Below are positions 16,072 to 25,140 of a DNA stretch of 64,000 nucleotides, piece by piece. The stretch spans positions 1,880 to 65,879 of the forward strand of contig CAYFLU010000001.1 of the NCBI GenBank assembly GCA_964343975.1, in the 5' to 3' direction. The stretch is from an uncultured Solibacteraceae bacterium (GTDB lineage Bacteria; Acidobacteriota; Vicinamibacteria; Vicinamibacterales; SCN-69-37). The notes under the pieces are model-generated. The model was given only the letters and a program-made list of their open reading frames with translations. It made no database searches and was not told the DNA's origin. The first letter of the stretch is position 1. Every line of letters begins with the position of its first letter. The position numbers and the translations under genes are program-made.

Positions 16072-17478
16072 ATGCCTTCAGCCGTCAGCATCTTCAACGA
16101 CGTCGTCGGTCCGGTGATGCGTGGGGCGTCGAGCTCGCATTGCGCGGCGGCGCTGCGGATCGGGCGACTGGCGCGCGATCTGATGCACGGCGCGATCGAC
16201 CATATCCTGATCGAGTTCGACACCAACGGCTCACTGCCCAACACACACGAAGGCCAGGGCTCCGACATGGGGCTCTTCGGTGGGCTCCTCGGCTGGGACG
16301 CGGCCGACGAGCGGCTGCCGAAATCCGGTGACGCACTGCGCGCGGCAGGCACCAAGGTGGAATTCCGCTACATCGACTGCCACGACCCGCACCCGAACAC
16401 GTACCGCCTCACGCTGAAGAACGCGCGCGAACAGCACACGATGATCGCCATCTCCACCGGCGGCGGGATGATCGAAGTGCTCGAGATCGATGGCGAAAAA
16501 GTGTCGCTCGACGGCGGGAGCGACGTCGACTTCCATGGGCGCACACTGAAACAAGTCCTGCCCGTGCGCTCCACGCCGAATGCGTCACTGCCCTTCCAAA
16601 CGTTCCAAGACCTGATGCGGCTCGATGCGGGCCGCAACCGCGCGCTGTGGGAATACGCCGTCGACTACGAAGCCGCCCGCGGCGCACTCGACCGCACCAC
16701 CGTGCTGACGATGATGGTCGACATCGTCCGCATCCTGCGCACGTCCATCGCCGAAGGCATCGCCGGCACACACTACGACGACCGCATCCTCGGCCACCAG
16801 AGCGGGAAGTTCGCCGCCGCGATGGAACGCGACAACCTGCTCGACGCCGGCGCGCTGAATCGCGCGGTGCTGTACGTCACCGCACTGATGGAAGTGAAAA
16901 GCTCGATGGGCGTGATCGTCGCGGCGCCCACCGCCGGCGCGTGCGCCGCACTGCCCGGCGCCACGATCGCGTTCGCCGAAGACATGGGCCTCGACGAAAC
17001 CGAGATGGCCAAAGCGATGCTCGCCGCCGGCGCGATCGGCCTCTTCATCGCCGGCCCCTGGACCTTCGCCGCCGAAGTGGGCGGCTGCCAGGCCGAAGGC
17101 GGCTCGGCCGCCGCAATGGCTGCCGCCGCACTCGTCACCCTCGCGGGCGGCAACCTGCGCCAGTCCACCGGCGCCGCCTCCATGGCGCTCCAAAGCATGC
17201 TCGGCCTGATCTGCGATCCCGTCGCCGCGCGCGTGGAAGTGCCCTGCCTCGGCAAGAACGTGATCGCCGCCAGCAACGCCGTGTCGTGCGCGAACATGGC
17301 GCTCGCCGGCTTCGACCACCTGATCCCGTTCGACGAAACCGTGGACGCCGCGCGCCGCGTGGCCCTCAACATGCCGCGCGAACACCGCTGCACCGCTCTC
17401 GGCGGATTGGCGACGACGCCGACGGGAATCAAACTGAGTGAGGACCTGCAGCGGCGACTGACGGCGTCGAAAAAGTAG
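16072..17478 (+). CDS. sdaA: L-serine ammonia-lyase, iron-sulfur dependent (fused beta-like and alpha-like parts)
   Basis: Contains 'SIFNDVVGPVMRGASSSH', 'AEVGGCQAEGGSA' and 'GLICDPVAARVEVPCLGKN'. I place the start at M13 of the track ORF. Confidence 0.88.
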   Translation: MPSAVSIFNDVVGPVMRGASSSHCAAALRIGRLARDLMHGAIDHILIEFDTNGSLPNTHEGQGSDMGLFGGLLGWDAADERLPKSGDALRAAGTKVEFRYIDCHDPHPNTYRLTLKNAREQHTMIAISTGGGMIEVLEIDGEKVSLDGGSDVDFHGRTLKQVLPVRSTPNASLPFQTFQDLMRLDAGRNRALWEYAVDYEAARGALDRTTVLTMMVDIVRILRTSIAEGIAGTHYDDRILGHQSGKFAAAMERDNLLDAGALNRAVLYVTALMEVKSSMGVIVAAPTAGACAALPGATIAFAEDMGLDETEMAKAMLAAGAIGLFIAGPWTFAAEVGGCQAEGGSAAAMAAAALVTLAGGNLRQSTGAASMALQSMLGLICDPVAARVEVPCLGKNVIAASNAVSCANMALAGFDHLIPFDETVDAARRVALNMPREHRCTALGGLATTPTGIKLSEDLQRRLTASKK

Positions 17479-17661
17479 CTACCGCAAAGCTTTCACCCTC
17501 TTCGGATCCACTTTCCACACCGCCGCCCCACTCGCGGTGATCCACAACGCGTCGTCGCTGAACAACATCGCGCCGCCACCCACGCCGCTGAAGGCGTGCG
17601 TGACGTGATTCTTCTTGGGATCGATGCGCACGAGCGTTGATCCCGGCGCCGAGACCCACAC
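17479..17661 (-). pseudogene. Orphan C-terminal ~55 codons of a beta-propeller-like gene
   Basis: 'GSTLVRIDPKKNHVTHAFSGVGGGAMLFSDDALWITASGAAVWKVDP' looks like the last blades of a propeller. The reading frame loses protein-like character at about 17660, where an opposite-strand fragment begins. Confidence 0.4.
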
Positions 17662-18542
17662 GGCGCCGGCGCCCGGACACGCCGAGCAACTTCGGCAAGA
17701 ACGGCGACCGCCCGAGCCATCCCGAGCTGCTCGACTACCTGGCGCAGCGCTTCATCACGGGCAAGATGTCGATCAAGGCGCTGCACCGCGAGATCATGCG
17801 CAGCCGCACCTATCAGCTCGCGGTCACCGAGAACGCGGCCAACGCGGAGAAAGACGCCGCGAACCGCCTCTACTGGCGCGGGCAAACGCGCCGCATGACG
17901 GCGGAGCAGATCCGCGATTCGGTCCTGTTCGTGTCGAAGGCGCTCGACGAGAAGCGCGGTGGGCCGTCGATCAAACTCACGCCGCTCGCCACGCGCCGCA
18001 CCGTGTATGCGCAGGTGAGCCGCTACAAGCTCGACGAGTTCCTCGCGCTCTTCGACTACCCGAGCCCGAGCCAGTCGGCCGAGAAGCGCTTCTCCACCAA
18101 CGTGCCGCTGCAGCGCCTCTTCTTCATGAACTCCGACTTCATGCAGCAGAACGCGGAGCGGCTGGCCGCGCGCATCGCCGGCGAACCCGACGACACCGCG
18201 CGCATCCAGAAGGCGTATCGCGCGATCTTCGGCCGCATCCCCACTGCTGCCGAAGTGCAGGCCGGGCGCGACTACCTCGCGGCCGAGCCGATGAAGCAGT
18301 ACGAAGAGCGCAAAGCCGAAGCGGCAAAAGCCAAAGAGAAAGACGCGAAAGACGGCAAGGATGTGAAGGCGGACGCCAAGCCTGGTGCGGCTGCCGCTGC
18401 AGATGCGGCTCAAAACATGATGTCGGGCGTGACGCCCGGAAAGCCCGGTGAGAAGCCGGAAGCCGAGATGCAGCCGGTCACCGTGCTCGGCCGCTACATC
18501 AAGGTGCTGCTCAGCTCGAACGAGTTCCTCTTCATCCGGTAA
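17637..18542 (+). pseudogene. 3' fragment (C-terminal ~290 codons) of a DUF1553-family gene; the PSCyt, DUF1549 and CxxCH parts are missing
   Basis: Similarity starts at 'NFGKNGDRPSHPELLDYLAQRF...' and runs to the family-typical end 'LLSSNEFLFIR*'. It aligns by eye with residues ~700-980 of the intact paralog at 9052-11994. Confidence 0.7.
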
Positions 18543-19525
18543 CCGCTGATGTCACACAAGCCTCCGCCTCCCGTCACCCGCCGCGATGCACTCTGCCGCA
18601 TGGGCGGCGGCTTCGGCATGCTCGCGTTCGCGTCGCTCGTTTCGCGCGCGAGCTGGACCACGCGCGGTTTTTGCGTCGTGGCAGCCGTCATCGTCACGGG
18701 CAACACGCCATTGGAGAAACGCGCCAGCACGGCGTCGAAGTCGCGTCGCACGTCTGGGAAGGCGGCGTGACAGTCCGCATCAGTCTTGCAGTCCTCGATG
18801 AGACGCGTCAGCGCATTCTCCGACGCCTTCGCAAACGGCAGCGGCAAGCGGAAGTCGGGCGGAACGACACCGATGAGGAACGCGGCGCGGGTGTGCGTCG
18901 GATGCTGACGCGCGTAGACGAGCGACGCCAGCGTTCCGTAGGACGCGCCCGCCAGATTGACCTGCTCGTAGCCAAGTGCCACTCGCACATCGTCGATGTC
19001 GTCCGTCGCGATCGAGGTCGTGTATTTCGTGAGATCCGCAATGGGTGTCAGCGCATCGCGACACGCACGAATGGCGGCGATGGGAAACAGCGGGCCGAAG
19101 TAGCCGTCGAGATTCGACGGCGCCTCACCGATGTCGCCGCACTTCAACGGGTTCGACTTGCCGGTGCCGCGCTGGTCAACGAAGACGAGATCGTGATCAG
19201 CGCGTAAGCCCTTCAGATACTGCTGACTCACAGGGCCGGCTGACTGCGTCGCCACGCCGCCGGGTCCGCCTTCGAACCAGAACACCGGAGGCTGGGTGGC
19301 CTTGGCCGTGGCCGACACGACGAGTACGTTTAGTGCGATCGTTCGGCCTGCCTTCGCCACGCGATCCTCGAAGACCTCGAGCGTGCCGCAGCGGCCACTG
19401 CCGGGGCCCGACGGGCCATCACATGGCGTCAGCACCACACGCGGTGTTTGCGTCGCCTGCGGCGTCGACGCGCACAGCGTCAGCGTCAACGCCATCGCGA
19501 AGACTGGGAGCGCGGCTCGGCGCAT
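18494..19525 (-). CDS. Exported alpha/beta hydrolase (S33 / TAP-like peptidase type) with its native C-terminus replaced
   Basis: Signal peptide; 'FWFEGGPGG', 'VFVDQRGTGKS', 'LAGASYG'. Family-like sequence stops at '...PRVVQLARE' (~18650). The last ~48 codons are antisense read-through of the DUF1501/DUF1553 fragments. Confidence 0.7.
   Translation of the reverse strand: MRRAALPVFAMALTLTLCASTPQATQTPRVVLTPCDGPSGPGSGRCGTLEVFEDRVAKAGRTIALNVLVVSATAKATQPPVFWFEGGPGGVATQSAGPVSQQYLKGLRADHDLVFVDQRGTGKSNPLKCGDIGEAPSNLDGYFGPLFPIAAIRACRDALTPIADLTKYTTSIATDDIDDVRVALGYEQVNLAGASYGTLASLVYARQHPTHTRAAFLIGVVPPDFRLPLPFAKASENALTRLIEDCKTDADCHAAFPDVRRDFDAVLARFSNGVLPVTMTAATTQKPRVVQLARETSDANASMPKPPPMRQSASRRVTGGGGLCDISGYRMKRNSFELSSTLM
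18549..18650 (+). pseudogene. 5' fragment (~32 codons, Tat leader only) of a DUF1501 gene
   Basis: 'MSHKPPPPVTRRDALCRMGGGFGMLAFASLV' is a DUF1501-type N-terminus, and it starts 7 nt after the DUF1553 fragment's stop, as in intact pairs. The sequence turns non-homologous at about 18645. Confidence 0.55.
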
Positions 19526-19528
19526 CGA

Positions 19529-19996
19529 CTACGAGCGATCCCGCCCGGCAAACACGATCGGCAGACCAACAAACGGCACGTGACCAGCCAGCTGAATGAA
19601 CCACCGCACGGTGAGCGACGGCAGCTTGTGCGTCATCAGCGGAATCACCGCCCACGACATCGTGGTCCAGATGAGCGGGCCGTAGATGGCGGCCACAAGC
19701 ACCGTGCCCGCCGCGGATTGTGTGGCGGGTTTGATGAAGCGTCGGCAGGACAGGAAGAAGACAAAGATCCCTGCCCACGTGAACGCCACCGCGAAATGAC
19801 ACGCGATGCCCAGCAGCACGCCGGTGGCGCCCCGGTCGAACATCGACGCGCCGAACGGCGCGGCGGCCACGCCTTGCCAGAGGCGCGTGATCGATCCGCC
19901 ATTCATGAACTTCGTCTGTCCGCAGGCCCACAGGAAGTCCGTGATGCCGCAGGCGAGCCCGGCGCGAACCCAGCGCTGAACGGGCGTCGGCGTCAC
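19529..19996 (-). CDS. Hypothetical membrane protein
   Basis: 155 aa from the GTG at 19996 (GTGA overlap with the DUF1028 stop), with 4 hydrophobic spans. Confidence 0.6.
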   Translation of the reverse strand: MTPTPVQRWVRAGLACGITDFLWACGQTKFMNGGSITRLWQGVAAAPFGASMFDRGATGVLLGIACHFAVAFTWAGIFVFFLSCRRFIKPATQSAAGTVLVAAIYGPLIWTTMSWAVIPLMTHKLPSLTVRWFIQLAGHVPFVGLPIVFAGRDRS

Positions 19997-20817
19997 TTTC
20001 TTTGCGCCTTCTTCCAGGCGTCGTATCTGAGCCGCAGCGTCTTCACCGGGTTGCCGTCTTCTTCCGGCTTGATGTCGGTTTCGCTGACGCTGAGGAACAT
20101 CGAGAAGTCGCCGTCGCTGAACGCGACCTTGTTCTTGTCGGTTTTCTCGGCGAGGAGGATGTAGGCGATGTGCGCGGTTTTCGTCACGCACGGCGCCGGC
20201 GTCTTCGGCGTGGAGTCGCACGAGCAACGCTTGTCGCCGCCCTTCGCATCGGCCGCTTCCATCGCGGCCATCACGCGATCGGTCAACTCGCCCTTCGCCG
20301 CGATGAACGCCTTCACCGCGTCGTGCACCACATCGTCACTCGCGAGGATGTTGCCCTGAATGGAATAGAAGATGGGCTCGCCGGGCACCTGGCCCTGCTG
20401 GTGCAGTGACGCCGCCTGATTGCCCGTGCCCGAGTGCCCGGCGGCGCGGCCGGTCATGTCGATGATGCCGAACTGGCGCGACTGAAACTGCGGATCCGCG
20501 CTCAGCATCTCGATGATCTTCGCGGGGTCCGTGCCCTTCTGCAGTTCGGCGTAGATCAGGTTCTGATTCGCGAACGTGGAGTCCACATTCGCCTGTGCCG
20601 CTGCTGCTGCTTTGCCGGGCACCACGATGGCCTGGATGCTGCGGAGGCCGAACGGTGGGGCGCGACGCACGAGATTTGCGCCTGTCACGCACGTGGCGGA
20701 GGCGACGACGGACTGACCGGTCTTGGCGTTCAGCGCGACCACCGACCAGGTGGCGAAGGCGGGGCGTGGAAGAGCCAGCAGCGCCAGTACGGCGACGGAC
20801 TTCAGCAGTTTCTGCAT
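19993..20817 (-). CDS. DUF1028 (Ntn-hydrolase fold) protein with a signal peptide
   Basis: 274 aa from the ATG at 20817. 'MQKLLKSVAVLALLALPRPAFA|TWSVVA' is followed by 'SRQFGIIDMTGRAAGHSG' and 'QGNILASDDVV...GGDKRC'. Confidence 0.8.
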   Translation of the reverse strand: MQKLLKSVAVLALLALPRPAFATWSVVALNAKTGQSVVASATCVTGANLVRRAPPFGLRSIQAIVVPGKAAAAAQANVDSTFANQNLIYAELQKGTDPAKIIEMLSADPQFQSRQFGIIDMTGRAAGHSGTGNQAASLHQQGQVPGEPIFYSIQGNILASDDVVHDAVKAFIAAKGELTDRVMAAMEAADAKGGDKRCSCDSTPKTPAPCVTKTAHIAYILLAEKTDKNKVAFSDGDFSMFLSVSETDIKPEEDGNPVKTLRLRYDAWKKAQRK

Positions 20818-20883
20818 TCGCGGAGTGTAACCCGGTCTGCGGGCCGGCATCGCCGGATCGCGCATTCCCCGTATACTGCGGCC

Positions 20884-22536
20884 GTGAAGCCGGCCATTCT
20901 GATTGCGTTGTGTCTCGGGCTCGTCGTGTCGGCGCAGGGCAGGCGTGAGACTACGGTGGTAGCGGCGCGCGAGGCCTTTGCGAAGGCCGAGGCGCTGAAG
21001 TCCACCGATCCGGAACGGGCGGCCGCGCTGTATCGCGCGAGCATCGACAGCGATCCGGGCCTGGTGCCCGCGCACGACGGCTTCATCCTCGCCATGAAAC
21101 GCTGGAAGATGGGCCCGGAGCCGCCGGAACCACCACCCGATCCCAAGGGACCGAGGAACGGCAAGGGCGTGTTGATCTACTTCGCGCCGAAAACACGCGC
21201 GATTCCGCTCGGCGGCGGCGCAGCCAGCGCCGAGTTGAAGGCCGCCTACACCGCCTGGCTCGCCGCGGCGCCCTCATCACCGGCGCTCCATTGGGGACTC
21301 GGCGTGTCGACGCTGAATGTTGATCGCGCCGCCGCGGAGGCGGAGTTCCGCACAGCGCTCTCACTCGATCCGCACTTCTCGCCGGCGTACCGGTCACTCG
21401 CGTTGCTCGCGCAGCTGAATCGCGACACCACCGCACGCGCGGAGTTCCTGAAGCAAGCCGTCGACGCCGACCCGACCGACGATCAATCGGTACTCGAATA
21501 CAGCGAAGTCATTCCGGAAGCCGCGCGGGCCTCGATGCTCTGGACCGTCGTGAACCGGTCCACCGGCACGACCGAAGCCTACTCGGCACTCCTCAAACTC
21601 TCGAGCGTTGCCGCGTCTCCCGCCGAGAAACTGCCCGTCTACCGCCGCATGTGGACGGACTTCCCGTCGCTGCAGAGCTACTCGCACTGCTGGTCGATGA
21701 AGACGCTCTTCACACTCACGACCGGCGCGGATCCCGCCACGGCGCTCGCCGTCGCACGTCGCTTCGACGATGTGTGCGTAGGTGATCCGGATTGGCCGGA
21801 TCTGCTCGCCTACCAGCTCAAGTTCAACGACGCGAAGGCGCTCGTGGATGCGCGCGACTTCGCGAAGGCCCGGGCGGCGCTCGCAACCTTCGCGCCGCCG
21901 CGGTCGACCGATGGCGTGCCCTACTACCTCCTGCGCGCCGATGCCGAAGGCGCCGGCAATCCCGCCGCCGGTTACGCGAGCCTGCTCTCCGCCGCCGCGA
22001 AGGAACCACGCGACGTGCTCAACAAAGCCCTCGTCGCGGCCGGCGAGAAGCTCGGCAAATCCGTGGCGCAGGTGGACGACGAGGTGTGGTCCACGCTGAC
22101 AGCCGCGGCAAAGCCCTTCAAGACGTTTTCGCTCGCGCGCTACGACACCGGCGAGAAGATCTCGCTCGAGAGTCTGAAGGGCAAGGTCGTGCTCGTGAAC
22201 TTCTGGTTCCCGACGTGCGGCCCCTGCATGAACGAGTTCCCGTACATTCAGCAGGCGTACGACAAATACAAGGCCAAAGGCTTCGAGATCATCGCCGTGA
22301 ACATCGTCTCGTCCGAAGACGGCCAGGCGCTACCGACGATGAAAGAGAAGAAGGTGAACTTCATCGGCGTAAAGATGCCGGATCCGGAATTCGCCGCTCG
22401 CGAGTACCGCATTGCCGGTGCGCCGACGCACTTCCTCCTCGACAAGCAGGGACGCGTGATCTACAAACCCGCGATCCACGATCGCGAAACGGCGCGCACG
22501 TTCGAGCTTGAGATCGAGCTGCTGCTCAAGCGGTAG
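20884..22536 (+). CDS. TPR-like helical protein with a C-terminal TlpA/redoxin thioredoxin domain
   Basis: GTG 20884 with N-terminal signal 'VKPAILIALCLGLVVSA'; C-terminal 'VVLVNFWFPTCGPCMNEFP'. Confidence 0.8.
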   Translation: MKPAILIALCLGLVVSAQGRRETTVVAAREAFAKAEALKSTDPERAAALYRASIDSDPGLVPAHDGFILAMKRWKMGPEPPEPPPDPKGPRNGKGVLIYFAPKTRAIPLGGGAASAELKAAYTAWLAAAPSSPALHWGLGVSTLNVDRAAAEAEFRTALSLDPHFSPAYRSLALLAQLNRDTTARAEFLKQAVDADPTDDQSVLEYSEVIPEAARASMLWTVVNRSTGTTEAYSALLKLSSVAASPAEKLPVYRRMWTDFPSLQSYSHCWSMKTLFTLTTGADPATALAVARRFDDVCVGDPDWPDLLAYQLKFNDAKALVDARDFAKARAALATFAPPRSTDGVPYYLLRADAEGAGNPAAGYASLLSAAAKEPRDVLNKALVAAGEKLGKSVAQVDDEVWSTLTAAAKPFKTFSLARYDTGEKISLESLKGKVVLVNFWFPTCGPCMNEFPYIQQAYDKYKAKGFEIIAVNIVSSEDGQALPTMKEKKVNFIGVKMPDPEFAAREYRIAGAPTHFLLDKQGRVIYKPAIHDRETARTFELEIELLLKR

Positions 22537-22993
22537 GCGGCGCCGAACGCGACGGCATCAGCGACAGCACCACGCCAAGGATCGTCACGGAGATCAGTAC
22601 CAGATTGATCATGCCGCTCGGCGCAGGTGTCTTGGCGATCGGGTGCCACAGCAACATCGCGCGCCGGGCCGCATGTTCCGCCAGCAGCACAACGAACATC
22701 AAGGGCACGGCTGCGCGATAGCGGATCACCGCAACCCAGCCGACGACGGACAGCGCGAGGAGAGACTCACCGAGCGCGCCGAAGAGCGCCACCGCCGCTT
22801 GCGCGCCCGCTTCGCCGTAGGTGTCGATCGGCACGCCGTCGGCCTGCTGCAGCGCTTGGTGGCTGTTGAACATCGATCCGGCCGAGATGGCCGTGCGCAC
22901 GATCAGCACCAGCACGAACAGCCACAGCGCGGCGCGCGGACCGCGAAACACGTTGTCGATCTTGGCGGGCAGTAACCGCTCGAACACGCTCAC
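22526..22993 (-). CDS. Hypothetical membrane protein (last gene of the ECF sigma operon)
   Basis: 155 aa with 4 TM segments. GTGA overlap with the upstream gene. Confidence 0.6.
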   Translation of the reverse strand: MSVFERLLPAKIDNVFRGPRAALWLFVLVLIVRTAISAGSMFNSHQALQQADGVPIDTYGEAGAQAAVALFGALGESLLALSVVGWVAVIRYRAAVPLMFVVLLAEHAARRAMLLWHPIAKTPAPSGMINLVLISVTILGVVLSLMPSRSAPPTA

Positions 22994-23352
22994 GACCGGC
23001 TCTCGCCCGATCCCGCGCCCGCCGCGTCGTCGAACACCTCATTGCCGAAGCGTTCGCGCATCCGGCGGCGGAAGGCGGCCTTCTCCTCATCGCTCATGCG
23101 GTTCCAGCGGCCCTGCATGCGGAACCTCCACGGCCCGCCCATGTGGCGATGACCGCCGCCGAGGCGGAAGCCGCCGAACAGGATGCGGCAGAGCGCGAGC
23201 AGGCCGAGCGCCTGCCAGAACGTCACCGTGTGCCAGCCGAAGAGCGCGGGTGTAAGCCAGTTCCACAGGCTCATCACGGCCCAGCCACCGAGGGCGATGA
23301 ACAGCGCGAACCCGACCAGCGCCAACGGACCAAAGAACAGCATCTTTCGCAT
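22990..23352 (-). CDS. Hypothetical membrane protein with a basic C-terminal tail
   Basis: 120 aa with two or three TM segments, then 'GGHRHMGGPWRFRMQGRWNRMSDEEKAAFRRRMRERF'. Confidence 0.65.
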   Translation of the reverse strand: MRKMLFFGPLALVGFALFIALGGWAVMSLWNWLTPALFGWHTVTFWQALGLLALCRILFGGFRLGGGHRHMGGPWRFRMQGRWNRMSDEEKAAFRRRMRERFGNEVFDDAAGAGSGESRS

Positions 23353-23361
23353 CGCTCGCTC

Positions 23362-23916
23362 CTACTCGTTCGTGAAGTCGTCGTACACCGTCTGTAACCG
23401 TTCGCGCAGTCGCAACACCGCGTAGCGTTTTCGCGAGAGCAGCGTGTTCTGGCTCACGCCGGTTGCCGCGACCAATTCCTTGAAACTGCGCCCGTCGATC
23501 TCGTGCGCGACGAACACGTCGCGCTGGTCCTTCGGTAATTCAGCCAGCGCGGCTTCGATTTCCTCGAGCAGCGCTTGCCGCAACAACAGCGCCTCCGGGC
23601 CGTCGTCTGGTGACGGCAAGAGCTCGTCCAGCCCCAGGCGCTCGTCGCCGTCGTCGGTGACGACATCGGGGAGGGACTCGGGCCGCTTCTTGCGGAAGAG
23701 ATCCGTGATGCGATTGCGTGCCACGCGGAAGAGCCAGCCGGTGACGTGCTCGATCGGCATCAGCAGGCGGTTGGCTTCGACGAGCTCCGAGAAGACTTCC
23801 TGCAGGATGTCTTCCGCGTCGCGCGTGTCGGGCACTCGCCGGCGGATGAAACTGAGCAGCCGGGACTGCTCCCGGGTGACCACGTCAACGATCGCGTCGT
23901 TCGGGTCTTGGCTCAT
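23362..23916 (-). CDS. ECF-type RNA polymerase sigma-70 factor
   Basis: Region 2 'DAEDILQEVF...WLFRVARNRITDLFRK'; region 4 'LPKDQRDVFVAHEIDGRSFKELVAATGVSQNTLLSRKRYA'. Confidence 0.9.
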   Translation of the reverse strand: MSQDPNDAIVDVVTREQSRLLSFIRRRVPDTRDAEDILQEVFSELVEANRLLMPIEHVTGWLFRVARNRITDLFRKKRPESLPDVVTDDGDERLGLDELLPSPDDGPEALLLRQALLEEIEAALAELPKDQRDVFVAHEIDGRSFKELVAATGVSQNTLLSRKRYAVLRLRERLQTVYDDFTNE

Positions 23917-23964
23917 CTCCTGCTGGAGTAGACGAAAGAGGGGGCGGAAATATTGTGGGGATCT

Positions 23965-24657
23965 CTACCAGGGGTGTTCGCGGCCGTCCCAGGTGAAGAA
24001 CCGGCCGGAATCGTTGAGCGTGAGGCGATCAACGAGGCGGAAGAGGCTGTCGGCGCTCTCCTCCACCGTGATCTCCGCGCCCACGCCGCCCATATCGGTC
24101 TGCACCCAGCCGGGGTGGACCGGGCAGACGACGATCTTGTCGGATTGGAATTCGAGGGCGAGGAGCTGCATCGCCTTGTTCACGGCGGACTTCGACGTGC
24201 GATAGGCCACCGAGCCCGGGCTGTTGCGCGCGAACGATCCCATCTGGCTCGAGATCGTGATGATGCGCGGTCGCGACGATCGTCGCAGGAACGGCCGCAG
24301 TGCCACGCCGATGCGGAACGGCGCGATCGTGTTCACCTCGAACGCATCGCGCCAGACGTCGTAGTCGAGTTGCTCGACTGATCGCGGCTTCGTCGGATTG
24401 ATCCCGGCGTTGTTGATGACGACGTCGATGGTGCGAGAGCCGAGTGCGGCGACGAGCGACGCGAGCGCGGCGTCATCTCGCACATCGAACGCGTGCACGT
24501 CGAGTTGAGGCGCCGGCGCGAGGGCGCGGAGGGCGGGCGCACGCTCCGGCTCGCGGCAGCACGCGATCACATTCCAGCCGGCGGACAGAAAGCGCGCGAC
24601 GAGGCCGAGACCGATGCCGCGATTGGCGCCGGTGATGAGAGCGGTTCCGGAAGACAT
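23965..24657 (-). CDS. SDR-family oxidoreductase
   Basis: Contains 'TGANRGIGLG', 'NNAG', and 'YRTSKSAVN' (YxxxK). Confidence 0.9.
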   Translation of the reverse strand: MSSGTALITGANRGIGLGLVARFLSAGWNVIACCREPERAPALRALAPAPQLDVHAFDVRDDAALASLVAALGSRTIDVVINNAGINPTKPRSVEQLDYDVWRDAFEVNTIAPFRIGVALRPFLRRSSRPRIITISSQMGSFARNSPGSVAYRTSKSAVNKAMQLLALEFQSDKIVVCPVHPGWVQTDMGGVGAEITVEESADSLFRLVDRLTLNDSGRFFTWDGREHPW

Positions 24658-24666
24658 AAGGCGATC

Positions 24667-25122
24667 CTACCGCCGCTGACGCAGCACTTCGTAGGCGGCA
24701 ACTGCCACGCTGGTCGAGAGATTCAGCGATCGCACGCGCGGCGAGAGGATTGGCATCGACACGAACCGGTCGGCGTAGCGCTCGTGCAGCTCCTGCGGCA
24801 ACCCGCCGGTTTCCTTGCCGAAGACCAGCACGGTGTCTTTTCCGCTCGCGAGCGGCGCGTCCCAGTATTGCCGCGTCGACTTCGTCGAGAAGAACCACGG
24901 CTCACCGAACTCCGGCAGCTTCTGTTCGAACGCTTCCCAGCTCGGCCACACGCGCAAGTCCACGAACTCCCAGTAGTCGAGCCCGGCGCGCTTCACTTGT
25001 TTTTCGTCGAGCGAGAACCCGAGCGGCTCGATCAGATGCAGCGTCGCGCCAACCGCGAGACACGTGCGGCCGGCATTGCCGGTGTTCCAGTGGATTTCAG
25101 GATGGACGAGGACGACGTGCAT
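24667..25122 (-). CDS. trmL: tRNA (cytidine/uridine-2'-O-)-methyltransferase TrmL (SpoU family)
   Basis: The full length aligns by eye with E. coli TrmL ('EIHWNTGNAGRTC', 'LHLIEPLGFSLDEKQVKRAGLDYW', 'FGKETGGLP', 'RSLNLSTSVAVAAYE'). Confidence 0.88.
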   Translation of the reverse strand: MHVVLVHPEIHWNTGNAGRTCLAVGATLHLIEPLGFSLDEKQVKRAGLDYWEFVDLRVWPSWEAFEQKLPEFGEPWFFSTKSTRQYWDAPLASGKDTVLVFGKETGGLPQELHERYADRFVSMPILSPRVRSLNLSTSVAVAAYEVLRQRR

Positions 25123-25140
25123 GGCGGGCGGGAGGCGCGG

